NCBI GenBank assembly: GCA_965203295.1 | Contig: CBDBCZ010000017.1 | Location: 640,001-704,000, forward strand | Source of the DNA: Nitrospirales bacterium | GTDB taxonomy: Bacteria; Nitrospirota; Nitrospiria; Nitrospirales; UBA8639 | Length of the DNA stretch: 64,000 nucleotides | Reading direction: 5' to 3' | Shown here: one piece after another, positions 1 through 21,723 of the stretch | How positions within the stretch are numbered: position 1 is the stretch's first letter | Layout: each line of letters begins with the position of its first letter | Notes under the pieces: model-generated | The model's database searches: none | Told to the model about the DNA's origin: nothing | What the model saw: only the letters and a program-made list of their open reading frames with translations | Translations under genes and position numbers: made by a program

Positions 1-669
1 TCGCTAGTTCATCCTGTGTGGAGTTTACCACTAGAAGAGAAGATTCAATAGGCAGTGAGTACTCATTTTGAACTGACTTGTACATTACTATATACATTTA
101 CAGCATCTGCCACATTTCAAGTATTTTATAGAGGTATAGGTTGTTCCATTTCAAGCACTTCTGACACAAATAGCACAGGTAAGATTACCAAGCTATTCAT
201 ATGGAAGTATACTTGCAAAAATTAACAATACCATTTTACATAACCATCCATAGCTATACCTCTCCCCCTCAAATATCAGCAGACACAAGTCACAGGAATG
301 AAACTTCTAAGCGATGAATAGATGGTAGTCCACACTGTAGCAAACTAGGATAAAACAGCACATGATCATATTATAGGAATGGAATTCAACCTAATAAGGA
401 GGATAACATGTGACACATGTTGTCCTACCATATTTGGTTACAATATAATATCATGTGTTTTTTTATTCTAGTTTGCTAGAAATTGCAAGTCAAGTCTTTC
501 CTACTACATGTACACAGTTACCCTATTTTGCTGGAGAATGCCTGCTTGATTAACATAACTACGTACTTATTCCATACTGTCAATTATATTCAAACTATGA
601 GGTAATGATTTGCCTTGTACTGCAATATATAGTGTGCATAAGGCAATCCTGTACAATTATAAGCCCTTA

Positions 670-1205
670 CCAACTGCTGTTATCACTGGTACATCCTCGG
701 TGCGTTGCATGCTTAGATTTCGTCCTTCCCCAATACATAGAGGACTGCCTTCTAGATCACTCTGACTTGGATTCAAAATACGACGGTACCACACCTCGAG
801 ATCAGGATGGCGTTTTTCATCCAACACCACTGCCCTACTATTACTGCCAATGTGGTCAACATAGAATCCCACAACGTCTCCCGGCTCCACCACTATCTGG
901 TCATCCTGTGGTACATCAAGTACAACACAAGATTGAACTTTATGTGCCGATCTGGATTCCACATTGGAAATGTAATTTGAACCAACAAGTTAAGAGAGTA
1001 ACAGTCAGCATCTTGTGTTGTTGGTCTCCACACTTCAAAATCAACCCGTCACCATCTGCATTCACACATACTCCCCACTGGACAATACTGCCTTTGCAGG
1101 TGAAATTGTATCCCGGTATAATGGCCTGGATTCTATTAGGAAGTACTGACAGTCCACTCTTTTGGTCACCAAACAGAGGTATATTTGATAGACACCGTGA
1201 ACTAT
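670..1205 (-). pseudogene. Frameshifted pseudo-exon of the unnamed extracellular domain found in the Sushi receptor
   Basis: AG acceptor near 1206 and G|GTAAG donor near 670. Reads DSSRCLSNIPLFGDQ..IQAIIPGYNFTCKGSIVQWGVCV, then FEVWRP..CYSL and LVGSN..VEPGDVVGFY..PVITAV in two successively shifted frames. Homologous to exons 8857-9396 and 9551-10072. Confidence 0.8.
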
Positions 1206-1401
1206 CTGTAAAAGTTAGACAACAGTTAGTGATGACAAGCAGTTCGAATCAGTCACATGCAACTACATGTTTTCGACATAATATCAACTCCTTTTAACAG
1301 GCTAATGCAATCACATGATGATATACAAAGCTAATGGAGTAGCTAGCGTCATGGAAGCAAAAACGTGTAGGCATTGTGGAAGGGTGTACGCGAGTCCTTA
1401 C

Positions 1402-1772
1402 CAATCACTGCTGTTATTACTGAAGCACCACTAGCAGTGTTTTGCGTATTAATGTCCCCAGTGGCTCCAATGCAAAGTGAGCTGCCCTCTAATTCACTCT
1501 GAGTTGGATTCGAAAGATTGACTCCATTAGTCCTAAAATTTGAACCAACTAGAGAGTAGCAACCATCTGTGTTCGTTGGTCTCCACACTTCAAAAATGAA
1601 TATCATATTGATCATCGTTCGTTCGTGAATCCACACATGCTCCCCACTGTACTACACTGCCTCTACAGGCGAAGGTGTATTCTGGTATAATGGCTTGGAT
1701 TGAATCAAAAAAATTTGGGAACCCATCTCGATCACCAAGAGGTGCTCTCAATAGACACCATGAATTAAGTGT
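1402..1772 (-). pseudogene. Second degenerate pseudo-exon of the same domain, with an internal deletion
   Basis: High DNA similarity to 8857-9396. In-frame TAA just after the acceptor, a frameshift before FEVWRP, and loss of the central VEPGDVVGFY segment. Splice sites are retained. Confidence 0.8.
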
Positions 1773-1816
1773 CTAAAAATAAGCCAATAGACAGAACATA
1801 CGTTAAACCCAGCAGA

Positions 1817-2111
1817 TTATAGTTTAACCCCATTCTCAATATAACCACTATTTCATACATAAAAAATGTTAACTTCTCACATATAGAATATTATAGTTTA
1901 ACCCCATTCTCAATATAACCACTATTTCATACATAAAAAAATGTTAACTTCTCTTTTTGGCGGATTTTTTTCCTCACATATAGAATATTATAGTTTAACC
2001 CCATTCTCAATATAACCACTATTTCATACATAAAAAAATGTTAACTTCTCTTTTTGGCGGATTTTTTTCCTACATGACGACTATAGTCATCATTCAAGTA
2101 TAGAGGGTTAA
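1817..2111. repeat. Three-copy tandem repeat (~70-90 bp) ending in a piggyBac-like MITE terminus
   Basis: attatagtttaaccccattctcaatataaccactatttcatacat... occurs 3 times; the block ends in tagagggTTAA. Confidence 0.6.
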
Positions 2112-2330
2112 AGTAGCTATATAGGCCTTTAATTAACGGTACATCATGAAATGGACCAAAATTTTAAAGATGCATGGATGAATCATAGAGTTTTATCCCA
2201 ACATCTTGCAAGCGCATCAGAAACATTTAAGCGCTAATATGGTTTCATAAGCAACAATGTACACATGACCATTGATACAAACATCTACGTATAGGAGGTG
2301 ACCATAACTTCCTCATTTACTGTATTAACA

Positions 2331-5300
2331 TCAAAACCTGTCCACATACTCATAGTCATTAGATTTGTCTATATAGTCATAAGTATGGTTGTGATCCTGC
2401 AAGCTCTCATCAAATGGCTGCAGTGTTCGGCAGGCTTCATTGGGGGAAGCAATAGTATTATAAGCCACATTACGTGACAGTGGGATAGTATTAGTATTGG
2501 TCAAATAGGCTGCGTTATTCATAAATGAAGATTCATAAGAGTTATCGGTCAGTTCAGTGCGCTGTATCCCAGTTAGGACAATTTCCCCATATCTTGGATT
2601 AGGCATATCTGGTTGGGGTATCAGGCTGACATTGACTGCAACCTTCTTTCGTCTTCTTACAAAGACAGCCGCCATTACAGTAAAAACTATCGCTACTGAT
2701 ACTCCTATCAAAACGCCGCCAATGATTCCACCTGGCGATAGTGCATGTGATTGCTCTTGAGATGACAGCAGGTCTATAGGGTTGGGATGAAATGACAGAG
2801 ATTGCTTAATGTGTCCAATATGGTAGGTAGGCATAAGCACAGGAAGAAAGATGACCAGTTTTAACTACAGCTTTATTGTGGTATTCTGCATAAATGAATG
2901 CAACAAGTCTATATAGCATCAAAACAACAAACCTCGCAGCTAGGAGAGAATATGTGGGGCTAGAGTAAATTAATCAAACCTTGGTACATAGTGCTCAGTC
3001 ACAAAAACATAATATACTGTCTATTGGCTCACCACATGTAGGGGCACTGCCACTCCACGTTCCATTTGCTTGGCATATGCGCACAGCATCTCCCACAAGT
3101 TGATGGTCGGAATTGTTGCATGAGTAGGTGACCGTTGAGCCAAATAAAGTTGTATTCAGGAATATGGTACCGTTCACTGGACTAGTTAGGTTACCACAAT
3201 TCACAACTGCATGGATATATATAGAGATAGAATTGTACAACCATTCAAATTAAGGAGGAAACTTTCCCCCAAGTTTTCAGCACTGTGATAAGGTCTATAC
3301 TACCTTTCCCCCAAAATGTCATATTAAAGTGTGTTTAGCTTCCCAAGCAAACATCTCTGGATTAGACACTGTCTTTTCATGTGTGGATAAGGTCACAGCG
3401 ATCGCGCACTAGTAATGTCAAAGTTCATACATGCATGGAGTATCTGATTCTATTCAACTACACTTAAGCTTCCTGCTTTGCCAGCAAAATAACCTTGTAC
3501 AATAGCCTATCATTCATCATAATCAACCCTGGAATTTTTTGAAGTGTATAATGTCATGTACTTATCAACCACCACTTCCAGCATGCAAATCTATCTAGAC
3601 AACAGAAATATAAAACATTATTGTAATGGTTGAGAAAATCATTACAAATCTGCCGTGCTATGCACTTAATTTTAGTGGCTCATAAAGAGAACGTATTGCA
3701 ATACAAGAGTCACATGAACTAGGACTAGATTGAGAATATGTCTTCTACATGCATGTAGATAGGTTAAAATACGTGACTAAAATAATTCTCAGCATTTAAA
3801 TATTTGATCGAGCTATACTTAACCAGATCTTAGATAGCAAGCATTGGATAATGGCTTACGTTCACAAGATGGCTCCACTCCAGACCATACTGAACCCGAC
3901 TGGCAAGTACGCGTCTCACTCCCAAATAGTTCAAAGCTAATGTTGCAGGTATAATTTGCCACCGATCCAACAAATCTTTCAATAAACATAACTTCGCCAT
4001 TCATTGGGCTCGTAAGCATATCACATACTTCATCTGGTAAAAAAGAGTACAATGTCATCTAGTTGTGAATACAAGCTAGCCTAATTCTCAGGCATTTAAA
4101 ATTAGTCCTGAGAATGAACACTACGTGTGCATGCTGCTTGTCAGTTTAATTATCATTGTGTATACATAATAATGTATGTATCATTTCAGAATCTACAAAA
4201 AAGTGCATGTAACAAACTACCTATGTATATTTACTGAAACAGTATAGAATAGTGCAAAAACTCACTGCATTGAGGGGCACTCTCACTCCACACTCCATCT
4301 GCTTGACATGTTCGCACAGCAACTCCCACAAGGCGATAGTTGGAACCACTGCATGAGTAGCTTGCAGTTGAGCCTATAGTGGTCTCAGTCACTGCTACCT
4401 CGCCATTTTCTAGATCTTGTAGGCTGCCACAATCAATAACTGCATGAGTAATATATACCAACACACAATTATACTGAAAGAGTGACAGTAGCTCAGTGGC
4501 TATACCTCTGTCTAATGCCCACACAGCTAATAGTTCGATGCCAGCAGAACATTGTTCCATTATGATCACAGTATAATATATTCATGAAAGACGATAATTA
4601 TATCATAGTGTGGATAGATCATGTTACATGTTGAAGATCTGCAGTATAAATTTACTTTAAAGCCAAAGATCAAGACGTATGACAGCATACACAGATGATA
4701 TAGCCAAAACAGTACAGCTAACTAGTGTTTAACTTAGCTATCCACAGTGTTAGTCTTGCTTGCTGCTTGTTATATCTGCCCACTACTGCATAATATATTA
4801 TTGTCAAATGTACTGTCTTTTGGTCAAAACTGTATCTTCTGGCTATGTCATCAGTGTAGTACAGAATTCTGTCACCGGTCATGATATTTTGTTTATGCTG
4901 CAGACCTCTGACATACCGGTAGGACATGCACGCGCGCCACTGCAAAAAAATTAGGGTTGCTTCAACTAAGCTTGGTTAGCTACCTCAGTTGCAATTCATG
5001 GGTAATGCACCTCATTTTCCAGCTTGACCATATAAAGGCACAGCCAGAAAAACATGTTTACAATATCATCATCATCATCAATACTTTAACGTTAGTTCTG
5101 TGTGTGCGTGTGTGCGTAACGGATGTGACGTCAACTAATGAACAAAGTAGCAAAGACAGCTTGTTATTCCTGTAACTACATGAGTGAACCACCAGCTTGT
5201 TCCCTTCACTCACCACATTGCAGGAATAGCTAGTGGTTTTTGCTACATGGGAAACTACATGTTAGTGATTATGTTTTGTGGCCATACAGGTGACCTTTCT

Positions 5301-8300
5301 GGGGGTGACTTTATATGGAATATGACCCTTGAACTGCAACTGAGGCAACCAAGCTTGGTTGAAACAGCCCTAACGTTTTTGCAGCACATGATTCATCCGT
5401 ACAATGATCGCCCAAAAGGGTAGCACATCCACCGGGACATTGTTCCTTTACACATTATAAGATATGAGATTTTGGAGATGTTATGCGGCTAGCGACTCAC
5501 CACATTCTGGGTCACTATCACTCCACATTCCATCTGCTTGACATGTTCGCACAGCAGCTCCCACAAGACGATAGATGGAACCACTGCATGAGTAGCTTGC
5601 AGTTGAGCCAAAAGTGGTCTCAGTCACTGTTACCATGCCATTCTCTGGATCTTGTAGGCTGCCACAATCCACAACTGCATAATAGACAGAAAAGATCTGG
5701 ATACGTAGATTATGTTACATATATACTGAATATCTGCAGTCATTATTAAGTATATCTCAATGGATGGGTAGCCGTCTAATAACACTGCATGGATATTGGA
5801 TGAGTTTGTGCAGTATTTTGGTGAGTCTGAAGGCCAAGCCAAAAACAAGCAAGATGACTTCTGTGCTGCAGACCTTTCACATAAAAAATGTCATGATCTA
5901 TCGATAGCTACATTGATCGCCTAGAAAGGTAATACGCTCTCTAGGACATTGTTCTGGTTTGTATTATGAGATATGAATTTGAATTGAAGGTGGCGTATCT
6001 CTACCCACATTCTGCATGGGGCACTACCACTCCACAATCCAAAATATTACACGACTAGCAACTTACCACATTCTGGGTCACTACCACTCCACAATCCAAA
6101 ATATTACACGACTAGCAACTTACCACATTCTGGGGCACTACCATTCCACATTCCATCTGCTTGACAAGTTCGCACAGCAGCTCCCACAAGGCGATAGTTG
6201 GAACTACTGCATGAGTAGTTTGCAGTTGAGCCTAAAGTGGCCTCAGTCACTGTTACCATGCCATTTTCTGGATCTTGTAGGCTGCCACAATCGATAACTG
6301 CAAAAGTAAAGCAACACTTACACTATCCTGAAAGAATTACAGTAGCTCAAAGTTTATACCTCTATCTAATGCCCACACTGCTAATAGTTATTTCAAACAA
6401 ATCCAGCAGGACACTTTATAGCCAAAGATCGAGATGTATGACTGTCACAGCATACACAAATGACATAGCCAGAATAACACAGCTAACTAGTGGTTACATA
6501 GCTATCCACAGTGTTTATAGTCTTGTTTGCTGCTTGCTTGTTATGGAAAATATGATTTTAATGTAGTTCCCAAAAATAGCTATACACGGTGCAGGTATCT
6601 GCCTAATGCTGCATAATATTGTCAAATTGTCTTTTGGTCAAAGCTGTACTTTATGGTTATGTCATCTGTGTAGCACAGAATGCTGTCACAAGTAATGTTT
6701 TTTGGTAGTTTAGGCTGCGGACCTTCGACAAAGGACATGAGTCATGTGTACAATGATTGCCCAAATAGGTAGTACGATCAGCAGGACATTGTTCTTTTAC
6801 ACATTATAAGAAATGAGATTTTGAAGGTGGTACCCGACCAGCAACTTACCACATTCTGGGGTACTGCCACTCCACATTCCATCTGCTTGACATGTTCGCT
6901 CAGCAACTCCCACAAGACGATAGATGGAGCCACTGCATGAGTAGCTTGCGGTTGAGCCAAAAGTGGTATCAGTCACTGTTACCATGCCATTCTCTGGATC
7001 TTGTAGGCTGCCACAATCCACAACTGCATAACAGACAGAAAAAGGTTTGAGTACGTAAATCATGTTACATATCAAAGGTCTGCAGTGATAAGCTAGTATG
7101 TCTTTATGGAAGGGAGCTGTCTAATAACACTGCATGGATATTGGATGAGTTTGTGCAGTATTTGGGTGAGTCTGAAGGACGAGCCAGATACAAGGAAGAC
7201 GGCTTCTATGCTGCTGACCTTCAATATATGTCATGATCTATTTATACATTGATTGCCTAGAAAGGTATTGCAATCAGCAGGACATTGTTCCTGTACATTA
7301 TTATTACTTATTGTACACAGTGTAGGTGGATCAAAGGAACGCACCGTACTGTATTTTTCATACAGTGAATAAGCGTGCTGTATTGCAAATACAGTACTGC
7401 GGTTGACATTATCCTAACATTTCCAGGCACTTTTACAGTTTTAAATTAATTTTCAGGGAGGCAGCGTAGTAGTACAACACAACAGTACACAAACATAAGA
7501 TGATTTTTTCCGAGTTAGATAACGTGTCATACACCCCGCTATGTAGTGAAGTTGTTCTGACAAGAGTTGGCAGATCTTCAAGAAAAGCTAAAAAATCTAG
7601 TAAAGCACCATTCGCACGATAGGCCCTACAGTAAATCGGCCAATAGACACAAAATATTGGCAGATGAAGCCATAGCACGTAAAACACTCCGAAAAACTGT
7701 AGCAGGACTGAACGACAGACAGCTAAGAAACACTGAAAGTAACCATCTATCTCCAGCCTAGTGCCATTTTGACACAAAATAGTAGGCTGGCAACATCAAC
7801 ACACACACGAAAACACAGAAACTCAACAAATAGTTTATCGTATTGTCCCACATCGCTCGAAATCGAGTCCTCTAGATCTAGTAGCTAGTACATTAGTCGG
7901 TACAACAAATTTGAATCCTTCTGTGGTTCCGTCAATCCACCCACGCTGTGACAAAAAACCAGTTAAAGCACCGTAAATGTTAATGCATCACGGAAATTAT
8001 TACACAAGGGGCTGGTCTTGAGGCACATACAGCCTTCGGCCTTCGGCCTCGTGCTGTATGTGCCTCTCGACCCGCCCCTCGTGAAATAAGTTCAGCGCTG
8101 CACTCACTACAGTGCTTTAACTAGTACATATGAGTTTTGAAATGTTACCACGGCTAGCGACTCACCACATTCTGGGGTACTATCACTCCACATTCCATCT
8201 GCTTGACATGTTCGCACAGCAGCTCCCACAAGACGATAGTTGGAACCACTGCATGAGTAGTTTGCAGTTGAGCCAAAAGTGGTTTCGGTAACTGTTACCT

Positions 8301-11013
8301 CGCCATTTTCTGGAGCTTGTAGGCTGCCACAATCGATAACTGCATGCATGAATAAAACATTATTATAGTTAAAGTGTAAGTAGCTCAGGAACAATAATGT
8401 GCTACAACTTACCACATTCAGGAACATTACCACTCCACGTTCCATTTGATTGGCAAGTACGCATGGCATCCCCCAAAAGATTGCTTCGATCACTGCAGGT
8501 ATAGCTTGCCATTGAGCCAAACGTAGTCATAGTCAAGGACACACTGCCATTTGCAGGATTTGTTAGACTGCCACAGTCTGCAGCTGTATGCATTGCAATA
8601 GAAATGTGCATAATGATAGAAATTTATCAAGGTGGTTATATGAATGGAGTGATCAACATTTTGCTCTTGCTTGCATGTGTACATATTCAACATTTAATCA
8701 AACGTCAGTTTATGCTTAAAGATTTAGTTAAAAACTTGAGATCTTATTGTACAGGTCACACATTTCAGATACATTTGCAATTACACTCAAAGTTAATCTC
8801 TAATGGCTTTAGCTAAATTACTACTTAATAAGTAATTGTAGTACTAAACTTCTTACCAACTACTGCTGTTATTACTGGAGCACCACCAGGACGTAGAGTG
8901 GGTAGATTATTACCATTCCCAACACAAAGAGGATTGGCTTCCAATTCACTCTGACTTGGATTTGAAAGACTGCGGTACCACACTTCAAGGTTTGTATACT
9001 GTACTCCTTCATCCAGTTCCACCCCTCCAGTGCCACCATCGTGGTTAGTGTAGAACCCCACAACATCTCCAGGCTCCACTATGACCTGATCATTCTCTGG
9101 TACATCGATTACAATGCATGAACGAACATTATGGACGGTTGCTGCAACTCCATCATTCACAAAGTTGGAATCAACTAGAGAGTAACAGTCATTAGTGTCC
9201 GTCGGTCTCCACACTTCAAAATAGATATCATATAGATCATCATTCGCTCGTGGATCCACACATGCTCCCCACTGTACTACACTGCCTCTACAGGTGAAGG
9301 TGTATTCTGGTATAATGGCTTGGATTGAATTAGGAAGTCTTGGGACCCCATCTCGATCACCAAATAGAGGTGCTCTCAATAAACACTGTGAATTGTCTAA
9401 AAATAATAGATAGAAAATAATTTTAACACCCAGGAAATTACATTTATACCCCATTCTCATTATGACTACAATGGCGTACAAAACTTTGGTAGTGTTATTA
9501 TTAGCAGTAAAATAGAATTGGCACTAGGTAATGCAGTTGTTGACCCTTACCAACCACAGCTGTTATTACAGGAGCACCACTAGTAGAAAGTGTGTTTAGA
9601 TCTCCAGTGGCTCCAATGCAAAGAGAGCTGTCCTCTAAATCACTCTGAGTTGGATTCGAAAGTGTACGGTACCACACATCAAGGTCTACATCAGTGTCCA
9701 CTTCAATACCACCACTATCGTCATTATGATCAGAGTAAAACCCCATAACATCTCCTGGCTCCACCATGATACGCTGATCCTCCGGCACATCATATACTAT
9801 GCAGCCTCGAGGAACATCTGGATCTCCATCAGCAACAAAGTTGGAATCTACGATGGAGTAACACCCATCAACTCCATTCGACCTCCACACTTGAAAGTAA
9901 ATGTCATATCTTTCAGAAATTCCCCGTGGCTGGACACACGCACCCCACTGAACCACTGGACCGCTGCAAGTGAAGGTGTATGTCGGCAGAATCGCTTGGA
10001 TTTTGTCTGGTAGTTCACTGTTCGGGTCTCGGTCACCAAACAGAGGTAGGCCTTGAGGGCACTGGGAATTTGCTGCATAGGAAGAAATAATGCTAGTATA
10101 ATAATTGTGTTAGTTATAGTGCTAGCTGTACTCGTGCATGATAGGAATAATTGCCTCTATGTACTTTACTCCAACAACAGGAGTTTTCCTTAGGGGTACA
10201 GTAGTATATAAACATAATATTCACGTATTTAGTAGAGCCCTCTCAATTGTATCAGGAGAGCATTAACAGACAGTCAGTACCTCCCCTGTTTGGGGTTATG
10301 CACTTCGGCTTTTATTCAGACTGACAAATGGACATAAAGCAATTGTTCTGTTCACAGCCTTCGGTCCACTCAGGTAAAAAATAAGAACACGTTGCCATGA
10401 TTTTTTGTGTACCACTGTAACCATACTCGCAACACTGCTACTCATTATAGCAATGTTGCATGCATCTATGGACCTAGTGTACCAACCATTAAAACAAAGT
10501 AGTAGTAGCTACGTATAGTCAGGAATTTATTTATGCACCAACTATTGCACACATTGTTGCCAATATCACCAGAAAGAAGTACTAATGGTCGTTCAGTGAC
10601 CAACAATGATATAACTGATCAAGAATTGGCATGTGCCCAGGCCCCAGACAGAGTGCAAGATCAGCAAACTACCAGACATTAATTAAAGTGTATTATAAAA
10701 AACAAAAACATGCATGATGGATGAACAGAAAGCTTCCCACAGTGTTCTGCTCGCAAGCAGTCTTGGCACCAGCCCATCAGGTCGTTTGCAACATTTTCCC
10801 AAAGTAGTCTCAGCCTCGATGTTGGGCTGGTGTACGCATTTTTCATAGTGATTTTGAAGGGGGAGGGTCTGAGTATATACAAACATACGTACACCGCGTA
10901 GATGATCAGGAGTGAGTAATACGCTCACCTTCGGCCACCAGCAAAAGTAGCGCAGCTGCCAGTACCGCTACCAAAAACTCAAATTGCTTTCTTCCCAGCA
11001 ATAGACAGGCCAT
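2331..11013 (-). CDS. Type I membrane receptor (~992 aa): signal peptide, 2 unnamed domains, 8 Sushi/CCP domains, TM helix, Tyr-motif tail
   Basis: Exons 10929-11013 (MACLLLGRKQFEFLVAVLAAALLLLVAE), 9551-10072, 8857-9396, Sushi exons 8413-8583, 8166-8339, 6850-7023, 6124-6297, 5501-5674, 4266-4439, 3860-4033, 3033-3206, and terminal exon 2331-2773. All introns are GT-AG, phase 1. Sushi pattern C..L..P.NG....G..A.Y.C....L.G...R.C...G.WS...P.C. TM GGIIGGVLIGVSVAIVFTVMAAVFV followed by RRRKK. Confidence 0.88.
4938..5386. mobile_element. MITE with ~65-bp TIRs starting CACTGCAAAA (EnSpm/CACTA-like terminus)
   Basis: cactgcaaaaaaattagggttgcttcaactaagcttggtt.. pairs with ..aaccaagcttggttgaaacagccctaacgtttttgcag. 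Absent from the paralogous intron 6298-6849. Confidence 0.7.
6005..6150. repeat. 57-bp tandem repeat duplicating a Sushi exon end and its splice donor
   Basis: accacattctgggtcactaccactccacaatccaaaatattacacgactagcaactt, about 2.5 copies. Confidence 0.85.
7314..8090. mobile_element. Probable non-autonomous element in a Sushi-gene intron
   Basis: Imperfect inverted repeat (cacagtgtaggtggatcaaaggaac at ~7316 vs gttccgtcaatccacccacgctgtg at ~7926), plus a ~90-bp hairpin at 7997-8088 centred on gccttcggccttcggcctcg. Confidence 0.5.
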
Positions 11014-11343
11014 GCCGACGTCGGGTTTATTGGCTATAACAAAACAACCCCTCCCTCTCACTTTGGAATGCGTGGTCGGGCGCGGCGCGCGAAGGGTCAC
11101 GTGGTTAATGTAATATTTTGCTGGCCGTGAATAGACTATTGCACACCTGTTCTTTCTGTATATATACTACACCACATTGATTTTCTTGTGCAATGTAGTT
11201 CTAAAACTGCCATGAACAATTTGGTACAACTTATAAAACGTTATAATGTTGCCGATTTGGCTATTTATATCAACAATTACATGTATAATGTGCAATCACA
11301 AATCGTTTGAATTCTCTGTGAAAACATAATGTATTCAGAAGCT

Positions 11344-21472
<10,129 letters not shown>

Positions 21473-21723
21473 CTCCGGCTCCTTAGACTACTTTACAGAT
21501 CTGGGTCACTTCCATGGTAACTTGTGTCCGGGAACGCCCACTATTGATGGTGGGAGGGGCTGCGGCATCCCAGGCTGCAGCGCAGGCCGGCGCCTGCCGG
21601 CCCATATCTCAAAAATAATTTTTGGCGCGAATTTGTCGCTTACGTCATGCGATTCATAACGGCCGGCCGCCAGCCCTCAACGCGATACCAACTGGCGGCC
21701 ATGGTAACGTCTTCGAGATCGCA
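21473..21723. promoter_or_regulatory. Bidirectional promoter with two RFX X-box-like sites, an E2F-like site and a CRE-like site
   Basis: GC-rich 251 bp between divergent ATGs. CTTCCATGGTAAC at 21509-21521, GGCCATGGTAAC at 21697-21708, TTTGGCGCG at ~21621, TTACGTCA at 21640. Confidence 0.6.

Noticed and set aside
605..1297. 230-aa plus-strand ORF
   Set aside because: It is the antisense shadow of the minus-strand pseudo-exon and shows no recognisable motif.
7567..7761. 64-aa ORF inside the intronic element
   Set aside because: Non-ATG start, short, and no transposase or recombinase motif recognised.
3033..8583. Dscam-like mutually exclusive splicing of the Sushi exons
   Set aside because: Each exon is a complete domain and all join in frame. 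No docking/selector complementarity was noticed, so constitutive inclusion is the simpler model.
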